NCBI GenBank assembly: GCA_963749445.1
Contig: CAVVMJ010000004.1
Location: forward strand, 16,483-80,482
Direction of reading: 5' to 3'
Length of the DNA stretch: 64,000 bases
Origin: an uncultured bacterium
GTDB lineage: Bacteria; Patescibacteriota; Doudnabacteria; UBA920
In this document: piece by piece, positions 40,354 through 50,634 of the stretch
Layout of the letters: each line of letters opens with the position of its first letter
Numbering within the stretch: position 1 is the stretch's first letter
Notes under the pieces: model-generated
What the model saw: the letters and a program-made list of their open reading frames with translations, nothing else
Databases searched by the model: none
Told to the model about the DNA's origin: nothing
Translations under genes and position numbers: made by a program

Positions 40354-41037
40354 ATGAAACTGGAAATGCAAAATAAAAATAAAGCCGCAGTCAAATCCAC
40401 GCAAAGTTTTTTGAGAATCAGCGAAATCAAGAACGACGTGGTGGTTTTGGACGACGGCACGCTGCGCGCGATTTTGTCCGTGTCCAGCACCAATTTTGAT
40501 TTAAAAAGCCAGGAAGAACAGAACGCGATTATTTATAATTTCCAACGGTTCGTGAATTCCCTGGAATTTTCCATCCAGATTCTGATGCAAAGCCGCAAAA
40601 TGGAAATCGGCAGCTATTTGGAAAAGCTTAAAAATATCGCGGAAAAGCAAACCAATGAGCTTTTGCGGGTGCAGACGTTGGAATACATAGAGTTCATTAA
40701 CCGGCTGATTGAAAACGCCAGCATTATGAATAAGAATTTTTACGTGATTGTGCCGCTGGATGAAAGCATTTTCCCACCGGCCGGCGGATTCTTTAGCAAA
40801 ATATTCGGCGGCGGCAAGGCCAAGGCGGTAAAACAGCGCATTGAAAATTTTGAGAAGCTTAAGGAAAAATTGGAAAACCGAGTGACGGCGGCTTCGGCCA
40901 ACCTGTCCAGCATCGGCCTGCAGTCCGTGCAGCTGAAAACCGAAGGCCTAATCCAGCTGTATTACAATTCTTACAATTTTGAATCCGCACCCGTGGTGGA
41001 TACCGGCAAGCTGAAGGATATGAATGTTGTTCAATAA
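40354..41037 (+). CDS. VirB4/TraE N-terminal-like accessory protein
   Basis: STQSFLRISEIKNDVV..SSTNFDLKSQEEQNAI..F.NSL.F..QI...SR; between prgI and virB4. Confidence 0.75.
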   Translation: MKLEMQNKNKAAVKSTQSFLRISEIKNDVVVLDDGTLRAILSVSSTNFDLKSQEEQNAIIYNFQRFVNSLEFSIQILMQSRKMEIGSYLEKLKNIAEKQTNELLRVQTLEYIEFINRLIENASIMNKNFYVIVPLDESIFPPAGGFFSKIFGGGKAKAVKQRIENFEKLKEKLENRVTAASANLSSIGLQSVQLKTEGLIQLYYNSYNFESAPVVDTGKLKDMNVVQ

Positions 41038-41055
41038 GGTGATACCAATATACTA

Positions 41056-41466
41056 ATGCATACGAATGATACTAATAATACGAATCCTGTATCTGATGGC
41101 TTAATTTATAAGGAATTATCGTATTTGATTAACGGAGTTTTGTATTCCACCCACAATGAATTGGGGCCATATGCAAGGGAAAAACAGTATGTTGATGTGG
41201 CGGAGAGAATATTTAAGGAAAAAAGTATTAAATGCATTAAAGGACAACGAATCGGTGATTCAGGCAATATTTTGGATTTGCTGGTGGACGATAAAGTTCT
41301 CTTAGAATTTAAGGCCAAACGGATTTTGACGAAAGAAGATTACTATCAAACCCAAAGATACTTGCAGGAGACAGGTTTAAAATTAGCGATTCTAGTTAAT
41401 TGTAGGGACAAGTATATTAAGCCCAAGCGCATAGTTAGGATTGATAATTGGAAAAATCCGCATTAG
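41056..41466 (+). CDS. GxxExxY protein (PD-(D/E)XK nuclease superfamily)
   Basis: LIYKELSY.ING..HNELGPYAREKQY..DLLVDDKVLLEFKA..Q..RYL...LAILVN. Confidence 0.92.
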   Translation: MHTNDTNNTNPVSDGLIYKELSYLINGVLYSTHNELGPYAREKQYVDVAERIFKEKSIKCIKGQRIGDSGNILDLLVDDKVLLEFKAKRILTKEDYYQTQRYLQETGLKLAILVNCRDKYIKPKRIVRIDNWKNPH

Positions 41467-41508
41467 TATTATTCGTATTATTCGTATTGATTAGTATATT
41501 AGTATCTT

Positions 41509-43358
41509 ATGAGTTTATTTAAAATCAAAACCGAAAAAGAGCTGGAAGAAAAAAAGTCCATGCTCCAGGAAGCCGAAGCCGAGCACGATTTAAGCAAAAA
41601 ATTGGGCGACGTGGAAAAAATCTACCGCGAAGGCCTGACTACGCTCAAAGGACCTAATCGCTCCGGCCAGCCTGAAATTCCAGAATTCTTATTTTGAACT
41701 CAACGGCAAATTCGCCCGCAGTTTTTTTGTGCTGGCTTATCCGCGGTTTTTATCCAGCAACTGGCTGTCATTCATCATCCAGGCCGAAGGCGCCCTGGAT
41801 TTGTCCATGTTCATTTATCCGATTGATTCGGAGACCATTTTAAAAAAACTTAAATCCAAAGTCGGGGAACTTGGCAGCCAGATGTCCATTAACCAGGAAA
41901 AGGGCATGTGCGCGACCCGATGCTGGAAACGGCCTACAAAGACGTGGAGGGCTTGCGCGACCAGCTGATGCAGGGCACGGAACGGTATTTCCGCTTTGCC
42001 CTTTATTTTACCATTTACGCCGAAGACTTAAAGGAACTGGACAAAGATTCCAGCTACGCTTGGAGAGCGCGTTTGGGGCCAAGTTGATTGTGACCAAGCG
42101 CGCGATAATGCAAACCCAGGACGGCTTTAATTCCACGCTGCCTTTGGGCAAAGACCAGCTGGCTGTGGCAACAACATGAACACCAGCCCGCTGTCCACCT
42201 GTTTTCCGTTTGTGTCCTCGGATTTAACCAGCAATGACGGGATTTTGTACGGCATCAACCGGCATAACAACAGCCTGATTCTGTTTGACAGGTTCGCTTT
42301 GGAAAACGCCAATTCCGTGGTTTTCGCCAAATCCGGCGCGGGCAAATCTTACGCGGTCAAATTGGAAGTTTTGCGCTCATTTGATGATCGGCACGGAAGT
42401 GATTATCGTGGACCCGGAAAACGAATACAAACATTTGGCCGACGCCGTGGGCGGGACTTATTTGAGCGTGAGCTTGAATTCCGACTCGCGCGATCAATCC
42501 GTTTGATTTGCCGCGGCCATTGAAGGCGAGGATAATGCCGACGTACTGCGCTCGGCCGTGGTCAATTTGTTGGGCCTGTTTATCTTTGATGCTCGGCAAA
42601 CTTAACCCGACGGAAGAAGCCTTAATGGACAAGGCCATTTGGCAGACTTACGCCAAAAAGGATATTACGGCCCAGTCGGATTTTACGACCGTGGAGTATC
42701 CGACCATGAACGATTTGGTGGAAATTTTGCACGGCATGGTGGGCGCGGAAAGTCTGGCACAGCGGCTCGAGCAAATTCACGGAAGGCACTTTTGCCGGAC
42801 TGTTTAACCAGCCCACCAACGTGGTGCTCAACAACCAGCTGGTGGTGTTTTCCATCCGCGATTTGGAAGATGAACTGCGGCCCATAGCCATGTACATGAT
42901 TTTAAATTACATTTGGAACGATTGTGCGCAGTGAGCTGAAAAAGCGCATTTTGGTGGTGGACGAAGCCTGGATTATGATGCAGCACGAGGACAGCGCGCG
43001 CTTTTTGTTCGGCATTGCCAAGCGGGCGCGCAAATATTATCTCGGCCTGACCACGATAACCCAGGACGTGGCGGATTTTATGGCGTCGCCATACGGCAAG
43101 CCGATTGTCACCAATTCTTCCATCCAATTGTTGTTAAAACAATCGCCGGCGGCCATTAACATTATCGCGGAAACTTTCTTTTTGACCGAAGGCGAAAAAT
43201 ATCTGCTTTTGGAAAGCGAAGTCGGGGAAGGCATTTTCTTTGCGGGGTTAAAACACGCGGCCATAAAAATTTACGCTTCCTACGTGGAAGACCAGATTAT
43301 TACCACGGACCCGAAGCAATTATTGGAGATACAAGAGAGCCAGGAAAAGCTTAGCTAA
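41509..43358 (+). CDS. VirB4-like ATPase (multiple frameshifts)
   Basis: Walker A-like AKSGAGKS, DPENEY, VVDEAW, RARKY..ITQDVADF across consecutive ORFs. Confidence 0.88.
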
Positions 43359-43434
43359 TAACGATTAACGATTGACGATTAACAATTAACTTCTGATTTT
43401 TGGGGTTAATCGTTAATTGTGAATTGTTAATTGT
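43358..43434. repeat. Inverted heptamer palindrome (AACGATT / AATCGTT units)
   Basis: Directly after virB4 stop; half copy at 52919-52950. Confidence 0.8.
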
Positions 43435-43445
43435 TTTTTATTTTT

Positions 43446-46038
43446 ATGGCCGACACAGTCACAATTGACGCGGCGGGAACCGCCACCCAGCCGGCGGATT
43501 CCGGCGGAGGCAAGGATCCAAAATTTTGGTCAATCCCCGGCAGTCCCGGGGATTTGCCTGAGGTTACCGTTGGCCGAGTCTATCTTAACCACAATCGTTA
43601 TGTGCCGCCGAGGAGGCAGTTTTTTGGGATAAAAGCCGGGGACACACTTACCTTGACCGGCGATGGCCTGGATGCTTATAACCAGGCGGTGTTTCTTGAT
43701 GACAAGGCAAATGGGCGGAAAAATCAGGAGCCAGTGATAAATCAGTCTTATGGCAATAGGGTGATTGCAACTTTTACAGTGCCGGATTTGGGGGATTTTA
43801 CCGGTTTGCTTCGCTTGCGGCTCACCAGCGAGAATAAGTCGTTTACCAACCGGACGATTGATGAGCCAAAGCTGATGTATTTTGCGGAAACCGAGGAAGA
43901 AAAGAAAAACGGGTTCAATCTAAAGAAGAGGAGGCTCAAAAACAGGCGCGCCAAGCGCAGCAGACGGATATTAAAGGCCAAGAAGCTGAAAAGCCGGCGG
44001 CAGCTAAATCTCCCGCCGCCGCCTCGGCAGCTGATCAGGCAAAAAAACCGGAAGATGAAGGCGCGGATGACGGCGCTGAAGCGGGGGAAACAGAAGAAGC
44101 AGGAACAGAAATACAAGAACAACAGCGGACTATTCTGCCGGAAACTGACAAACAATCCGCGGAACTGGTCGGGGAGTATTTTGACAAGCACCCGGAGGTG
44201 ATAACGGATGCCAAAGTCAGAAGTGAGATTTTAGGAGCGCTTGGCAGCGGCGATTTGACTAAGTTGAGCGAAGAAAGTCGCGCGCAACTGAAACCCGATG
44301 GATCTTTATATCGGCATATCAGCGGCATGGCGCTGATGGGAAATCAGCAGCTGCAATCAATGGGAGTTACTGCCCAACAATCCGTGCAGTTGAGAAGGGC
44401 CATGGAAATCGTCAAAAATCAGACGGTTTCAATGGAAGGGCATGCTGAAGTAGAGGCTACGGTACAAGGCCCGAAGCCGGCGCAAACCGAAGTTAAGCAA
44501 GAAACGGAAGTCCAAGCCAAAACTACGGTCAGCGGCCAGGTTCAGGGCGGAGTCGCGGGGGAGGTAGGTGGGGAAGTTAAGGTTCAAGGCGAAACCTCGC
44601 AACAAATAAAATCTGAAACGTCCGCGCAAGCCGGGACAGAGGCGCAAATTAGCGGACAACCTCAAGTCGGAGCTTCGACATCCGCCACAGCCGAAGGGCA
44701 GGTTTCCGCCCAGGCCGGTCTGACGGCCAAAATTCAGTTGGCGGCAAAGCAGAATATGGGAGAGGTCGGGGAGTATTTGGATAAAAATCGGGACAAAATT
44801 GCCAGTAGCGATTCTGGCACCAGAGACAGAATTTTAGCGGCTTTGGCTAATGGCAGTTCTGATAATTTTAGCGATGCCGATAAAGCTGTTTTAAAGAAGA
44901 CTTTGGAGTTGCTGGGTAAGGATAATTCAGCGCCGGCGCCGGTTAGAGTAGCGGCTGATTCTTTTTTCCAACCCCAATCTGCGCCAGCGGTACCATCACC
45001 CGAATCGCAACCAGCCGCGCAGCAGCCGGCTGAACCATCCGGAAAAAGGAGCCGGAGCCGCAGGCGCCCAAGGAGCCTTTATCGTCTCAAGCAAAACAGC
45101 CTGTCGCTCCCGCGCCTGCTGCGGAACAAGCGTTATCCCAAACAAGTACCCTGGGGCTTGGTACTGTAGATGGAATAAAACCGTCACCTCCGGCTGAAAT
45201 TCCCGAAGCGGCGCGGGAAATTATTGAAAGACTCAAGAAGAAAGGCGAGGAGTTGTCTGGCGCTGCTGGATTATCTAGTGGAGGTGTTGAAGCGGAAGCG
45301 GTTTTATCGGAAGTTCCTTTAAAAACGCAGCTGCCTGGTAAATCCGGAGAACCTGGACAACAGGGGCAGCCGCCTTTGGCCCCTGGAGCCGGCGGAGAAG
45401 GACAAGCGGGCCCGCCTGCTGAAGGAGCGGAAAAAGCGCCGGAACAACCTGCACCGCCAGCGGCTGCCCCCGCGCAGCCACCTTCTCCGGGAGGCGAGGG
45501 TCTTGGCCAACAGCCGACCGCCGTCCCTGCTGCGCCGCCGGAAGCCGAACCTCCTCCGGAAGCGGCAGACGAAGCCGTACCGGAAGCCGAGGCGGCGGTG
45601 GCTGGAGCGGAAGCCGGGACTGCCGCAGGAGCCGCAGCCGCAGCGCCACCCTTGGCAGCAGCTTTGGCAATGGAAGGGATGCTCCCGCCCAGAAAAAAGT
45701 GGTGGCTGGCTTTGTTTGGCGCGTTTGCCGGGCTGATAACATTTTTTGGTTTTTTTGCCGGCTGGGGAGTAATGGTCAGGTATTGGTGGCAGGGCAGGAA
45801 GCTTGCGCCGGAAAAGGCATTATCAAGTTTCCAAAAAATTGCCACGGTAATTTTATTTTTTGTGCCGTTTGTGCTGTTGTTTGGGTTTGTTATTGGGATA
45901 ATTTACATTGGTTGTAATACCCCGATTGTCGGCACCGCGACTAATTTTACCTTAAAATCTTTGGGTTACGGCGATGTATGTAAATCTTTAAATAGCCTGA
46001 CAAGCCCGGGCGTAAATTCCGGCAGCGTCGGGCCGTGA
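43446..46038 (+). CDS. Large low-complexity protein with C-terminal TMs (frameshifted)
   Basis: ORFs 43431..44201, 44198..45169, 45253..46038; internal duplicated GEY(F/L)DK..ILxAL motif. Confidence 0.6.
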
Positions 46039-46066
46039 CATTTGCGTGTTTAATTTTTTTGATGGC

Positions 46067-46164
46067 TTGATGGGAATCTTCTTGCTGATAGTATGGTTTG
46101 CTGTGATTATCGCGCCACCGATAAATATCGGCTGGCGGTAATTCCGCCCCGAAGATTCCCACAA
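46067..46164. repeat. ~99-bp element (copy 5, variant TIR TTGATGGGAATCTTC)
   Basis: Compensatory change in both TIRs (GGGAATCTTC/GAAGATTCCC). Confidence 0.75.
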
Positions 46165-46254
46165 ATCCGGAAATCGCAATTTCTTTTGCGTCTTGACAAA
46201 ATTATGATATAATATAAACGAATAAAATTATTATTTATTTTTTGAAACAAAAAT

Positions 46255-47406
46255 ATGAATAAAAAAGCCATTGCCATTTTGGGTGCGATTTTTCTCTTGA
46301 TTGTGGGGACTTTGGGTTTTTTGATTTATGCCAAATACGGCGGTAAAAAAACTACTCCGGCGCCAGTCGCGGTTATTCCGGCTTCAACGTCAACTCCGGC
46401 AACCGCGTCCAGTACCCCGCCGGTTGCCACTCCTCCGCCGAACCAGCAGTTTACTAAGCTTTTGTCCAGCCAGGTGGTTTCCCCGATCCTGTTTTATAAC
46501 GGCCAGGGCGTGTCTTATTTTGATCCCAGCGGGCAGCTTTACCAGGCGGCCTTGCAGTCCGGCGGCGGTGTGTCCGCTCCCCAGTTTGCCAATCCCCAGG
46601 CTTTAAACGTTCAGACAAAATCCGACATCAGCGAAATCCTGTGGCCGCCGGCTGGCGATAATTTTATAGCGGAGTCCGATAGCGGCAGCCAAAGAGTCTG
46701 GAGTTTTTACAACAGCCAAACCCGCAGCTATACCGATTTGCCGCCGCAAGTGGAAGCTTTTGACTGGCTGCCCTCTGGCCAGCAGATTTATTACATTTGG
46801 CTGGACAGCGGTAAGGCCGCGCTCAATATTGGCGACGGCGACACCAACAATTGGAAGTACATTGCCGATATGTGGGAGCAGGATGACGCTTTGAGCGTCT
46901 CTCCGGACGGACGGAATATTTTGTATTACGAACGCAATACCGCCACTTCCACCAACCCGATTAACCTGGTCACCCCCGACGGAAAAATCTGGAAAACATT
47001 GATTTCCACGGGCATAAATTACGGTGTGTTGTGGAGCCCGGACAGCCAAAAGTTTTTGTTCGGCAAAAAAGATTCCACCGGCAGTTTTTACCAGTTGTGG
47101 TATTACAATTTGTTGACCGGGCAGGTCAGCCCGTTGTATCTTAATACCACGGTCAACAAAGTAGTGTGGGGCAAAGACAGCCAAACGATTTACGCGGCCG
47201 TCCCGCTCAGCGGGATTGCCGGCAGCGGAAATTTGACCACGGACAGTTTTTATAAATATAACACCCAAACCGGCGACAAGCAGCAGTACGATCCGGGCAG
47301 CACTGCAATTGACGGGGAAAACCTGTTTTTAAACAGCGACGGATCCGGCCTGTTTTTCAAGAACGCGCAGGATGGGGGGTTGTACGATCTGAATTTGAAC
47401 CAATAA
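46255..47406 (+). CDS. Membrane-anchored TolB-like beta-propeller protein
   Basis: N-terminal TM; SPDG/WSPDS repeats. Confidence 0.8.
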   Translation: MNKKAIAILGAIFLLIVGTLGFLIYAKYGGKKTTPAPVAVIPASTSTPATASSTPPVATPPPNQQFTKLLSSQVVSPILFYNGQGVSYFDPSGQLYQAALQSGGGVSAPQFANPQALNVQTKSDISEILWPPAGDNFIAESDSGSQRVWSFYNSQTRSYTDLPPQVEAFDWLPSGQQIYYIWLDSGKAALNIGDGDTNNWKYIADMWEQDDALSVSPDGRNILYYERNTATSTNPINLVTPDGKIWKTLISTGINYGVLWSPDSQKFLFGKKDSTGSFYQLWYYNLLTGQVSPLYLNTTVNKVVWGKDSQTIYAAVPLSGIAGSGNLTTDSFYKYNTQTGDKQQYDPGSTAIDGENLFLNSDGSGLFFKNAQDGGLYDLNLNQ

Positions 47407-47408
47407 AA

Positions 47409-47485
47409 GCGTTTAGCAGATAGCATTTAGCGTTTAGCCAGACAGTTTTGCGTGGCTAAGTGCTAATTGCTATATGCTAACAGCT
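47409..47485. repeat. Inverted heptamer palindrome (TTAGC units)
   Basis: Between propeller gene and radA. Confidence 0.8.
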
Positions 47486-47490
47486 TTTTT

Positions 47491-48813
47491 ATGGCCAAAT
47501 CATCCGTTGTTTTCATCTGTTCCAACTGCCAATATAAAGCTCCGCGCTGGCAGGGCAAGTGTCCGAGTTGCGGGCAGTGGAATACTTTAGAAGAGAGGCA
47601 AGAGATTAGAGATAAGAGACAAGTGGGAAGAGCGTCCGAGCCTTTGGATTTAGGCTCGGTTGATTTAAGTTTGCAAAAACGCATTGTAACCGGCATTTCG
47701 GAATTTGACAGCGTGGTCGGGGAAGGAATGGTGCCCGGCAGTTTGGTGCTCCTCGGCGGAGATCCGGGCATTGGCAAGTCCACGTTGGCTCTGCAGTTGT
47801 CTATGCGGTTGCCGGATGGCGTACTTTATGTCTCCGGCGAGGAGTCCGCGCATCAAATCAAACTGCGGGCTTCGCGCATAAGCAAAACCCAAAGCCTACA
47901 GGTGTTGGCGGAAACCGATTTAGGTGTCGTTTTGGCCACGGTGGAGGCAAACCATCCTTCCTTGGTCATTATCGATTCCATCCAAACTATGTACAGCGAG
48001 GAAACCAGCGGCGTGGCCGGCGGCGTTGCCCAGGTGACCAACGCGGTGCAGCAGGTGATGCGTCTGGCCAAACAGAACCACATTACTTTTATTATAATCG
48101 GCCATGTTACCAAAGAAGGTTACTTGGCAGGGCCGAAAACTTTGGAGCATATGGTGGACACGGTGCTGTATTTGGAAGGGGAACGGTTCGCGAGTTTCCG
48201 GATTTTGCGGTGCGTCAAAAACCGGTTTGGCACGACCAACGAAGTCGGCGTATTTGAGATGGTCAGGGAAGGATTGGTTGAGGTTAAAAACCCGTCGCAG
48301 TTATTTTTGGGGGAGGAGCAATTGCAGGCCAGCGGCAACGTGATAACTTCGGTGATGGAAGGCAGCCGCGCCCTGCTTTTGGAAATCCAGGCGCTCACAT
48401 CCACCACCAACTTTGGTTACCCCAAGCGTACCACGGCCGGGTTTGATAACAATCGCCTGCAATTATTGACCGCGATTTTGTCCAAGCGCGCGGGACTGAA
48501 TTTGTCCAACCAGGACATTTACATTAACGTGGTCGGCGGCATTAAAATAGACGAGCCGGCCGCGGATTTGGCCGTGGCCTTGGCCATTGTTTCGTCGCTG
48601 AAAGATTCGGTAATGGCCGGCACGGTCGTAATAGGCGAGCTGGGGCTTTCCGGCGAAGTCCGCTTTGTGCCGAACCTGGAAAAGCGCGTCAAAGAAGCCC
48701 AAAAACTGGGTTTTAAGCGCGTAATTTGCCCTCGGGGACGGGAAAAACTGGGCGGCGGTCAAATAGAGGTACTACCGGTAAAAACTTTAACCGAAGCCAT
48801 AAAATTGATATAA
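47491..48813 (+). CDS. radA: DNA repair protein RadA/Sms
   Basis: C4 zinc finger, GDPGIGKST, KNRFG, Lon-like C-terminus. Confidence 0.96.
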   Translation: MAKSSVVFICSNCQYKAPRWQGKCPSCGQWNTLEERQEIRDKRQVGRASEPLDLGSVDLSLQKRIVTGISEFDSVVGEGMVPGSLVLLGGDPGIGKSTLALQLSMRLPDGVLYVSGEESAHQIKLRASRISKTQSLQVLAETDLGVVLATVEANHPSLVIIDSIQTMYSEETSGVAGGVAQVTNAVQQVMRLAKQNHITFIIIGHVTKEGYLAGPKTLEHMVDTVLYLEGERFASFRILRCVKNRFGTTNEVGVFEMVREGLVEVKNPSQLFLGEEQLQASGNVITSVMEGSRALLLEIQALTSTTNFGYPKRTTAGFDNNRLQLLTAILSKRAGLNLSNQDIYINVVGGIKIDEPAADLAVALAIVSSLKDSVMAGTVVIGELGLSGEVRFVPNLEKRVKEAQKLGFKRVICPRGREKLGGGQIEVLPVKTLTEAIKLI

Positions 48814-48844
48814 ATAGTGTCAAGGGTCACCCTTGACACTATTT
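48812..48844. repeat. 33-bp palindrome AAATAGTGTCAAGGGT-C-ACCCTTGACACTATTT (REP-like)
   Basis: 16-bp perfect arms with 1-nt centre. Confidence 0.7.
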
Positions 48845-48884
48845 GAGGAAATGGTTTAGATTGCCTTGAAATAAGGGTTTTTTG

Positions 48885-48983
48885 TTGATGGGCATCTTTT
48901 TGCCAATACAACCCTCGACCATTGTCTATCGTTGGCCGATAATTACCAGTCAGCGATTGTGGAGCCACGAAGGTGCCCATCAA
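48885..48983. repeat. 99-bp element (copy 6)
   Basis: TIR and interior similar to copy 3. Confidence 0.85.
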
Positions 48984-49144
48984 GCCATAAAAAATAATTT
49001 CGCCGGCCAAACCCTCAGAGGGAATGGCCGGCGCCGTCGTCGGTAGCCGAGCAATTGGGCTCCGACGAGTCCGTAAAATAATACCTGTCAATCCATTGCT
49101 CTGTAGGAAAGGCAGCCATTATCTTGCGGGTGTTGGTTGCGTGG

Positions 49145-49528
49145 TCAGCTGGCTTGCGCCAGTAATTCTCCGACGGGCATCCCGTCGGGTTCGTTGCGGT
49201 CCACTGCCTCCTGACACTTGAGGCAGTATTCGGTCCACGGCACTGCATCCAGCCGTTTGGGTTTGATTTCCCCTTCGCAATGCAGGCAGACTCCGTAGCT
49301 GCCGTCAACAATGCGGGCCAGCGCGTCTCGCACGTTGTGAAGGAGGTTAGACCCGCGGTTCAAATTGTGGATGGAGAGTTCGCATTCTCCAGCAAGCTGG
49401 ATTTCGTCCATGGCGTCGGGTGTTTTCTCAATAACGATGCCTTTCCGGCATCGTGGTACGGCAATGGTTAACTCGGCCTTTATGGCCTCGAGCGCCGTCC
49501 TGTGTTTTTCAATTTCCGTTTTATTCAT
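49145..49528 (-). CDS. TraR/DksA family C4 zinc-finger regulator
   Basis: ALARI.DGSYGVCLHC..I...RL.AVPW...CLKCQE. Confidence 0.9.
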   Translation of the reverse strand: MNKTEIEKHRTALEAIKAELTIAVPRCRKGIVIEKTPDAMDEIQLAGECELSIHNLNRGSNLLHNVRDALARIVDGSYGVCLHCEGEIKPKRLDAVPWTEYCLKCQEAVDRNEPDGMPVGELLAQAS

Positions 49529-49657
49529 TTTCGTATGGATCCTAGAGTAAGGAAATCAACCCAACAAAAAACAAGATGCGCGTTTACAACCACGCATCCT
49601 CCGTTGAGTTGGAGTGATTATGGCATTTATTGGCATTTTAGTCAAAACCAGCTTATT

Positions 49658-50524
49658 GGGTATGCCTAGTCAAATGGAACAGGCTTTAGCGTTTTAGATA
49701 AGTAATCATTGGGTGAAGTAAAGATTTCCGGTAAGGAAAATCTGAGGCAAAATTCACTCACGTATTCGGGTAGGTATTGTGGGGTGGTGTGGTGGTACAT
49801 CCTGCGGATAAAAGTCCTTAAGTTTCCAAACATTCCTTCAATTTCGGAGGTCAGGCCAAACTCAAATTTCTTGTGTATATCGACCTTGTGCTTAACCTGC
49901 CACCACTGCTCAATTTGTTTGTAAATACCAGCTCCGTCGGTTTGCAGTTTAGTCTTAGGCTCTATGCTCTGAAAAATGAATTGCGCGGCTTCGGTCTTGT
50001 TGACTGAATTTTTAAAAATCACCTGATGGGCTAATTTTTTACTTCCTACCTGTTTGGCTAATAGTAATGAGAGTTGTTTAAAGTAAGCTTCATCCATTTG
50101 GACACAACCAGTTAAAATCGGCTGCAAATCGGGCAAATGCAATCGAAATTCCCTAAACCAACGGTATACGGCTTCTTCCCCCACATGGCAGAGTTTCTGG
50201 GTCTGGAGCACCGGAATCCTTTGGGTCCAGCACCACAGTAAAGCGTAAAAGGTTCTCAAATTTAATTTCATGCCTGAAAGCCAGGTACCGACCAGCAGGC
50301 TAAAAGGTTTCCGGCACTTCCTACAGCGATAACGATTTTCCGATGAATATACCTTACGGCTACGACACCTGGGACAGGCAAGATTCTTCCCAAAGATGAT
50401 TTGCCTTAATTGCTGTCTAATTTTGGCCTCACTGGGTATCTGGTTTAAGAGTGCGATCATGGGACAAGAGAGTTAATTATCGTTAAAGATATATTACTCT
50501 TGTTCCATCTGCCCTAGTATACTC
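49658..50524 (-). mobile_element. IS1595-family insertion sequence
   Basis: ~24-bp imperfect TIRs; 8-bp TSD AGCTTATT at 49650-49657 and 50525-50532. Confidence 0.9.
49666..50460 (-). CDS. IS1595-family transposase
   Basis: Zn ribbon CPRC..CRKC, HTH, QMDEAY, TDG, IEG..N, Y..EF..RF. Confidence 0.9.
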   Translation of the reverse strand: MIALLNQIPSEAKIRQQLRQIIFGKNLACPRCRSRKVYSSENRYRCRKCRKPFSLLVGTWLSGMKLNLRTFYALLWCWTQRIPVLQTQKLCHVGEEAVYRWFREFRLHLPDLQPILTGCVQMDEAYFKQLSLLLAKQVGSKKLAHQVIFKNSVNKTEAAQFIFQSIEPKTKLQTDGAGIYKQIEQWWQVKHKVDIHKKFEFGLTSEIEGMFGNLRTFIRRMYHHTTPQYLPEYVSEFCLRFSLPEIFTSPNDYLSKTLKPVPFD

Positions 50525-50634
50525 AGCTTATTTATTGAAATTGTGAGGAGTACATCCGACGAGCAATCCTATATTTATTAGTTGACGGGATTGCTTCGGA
50601 TGCACTCGCAATTTCTGGAAAAATTTATGATTGG

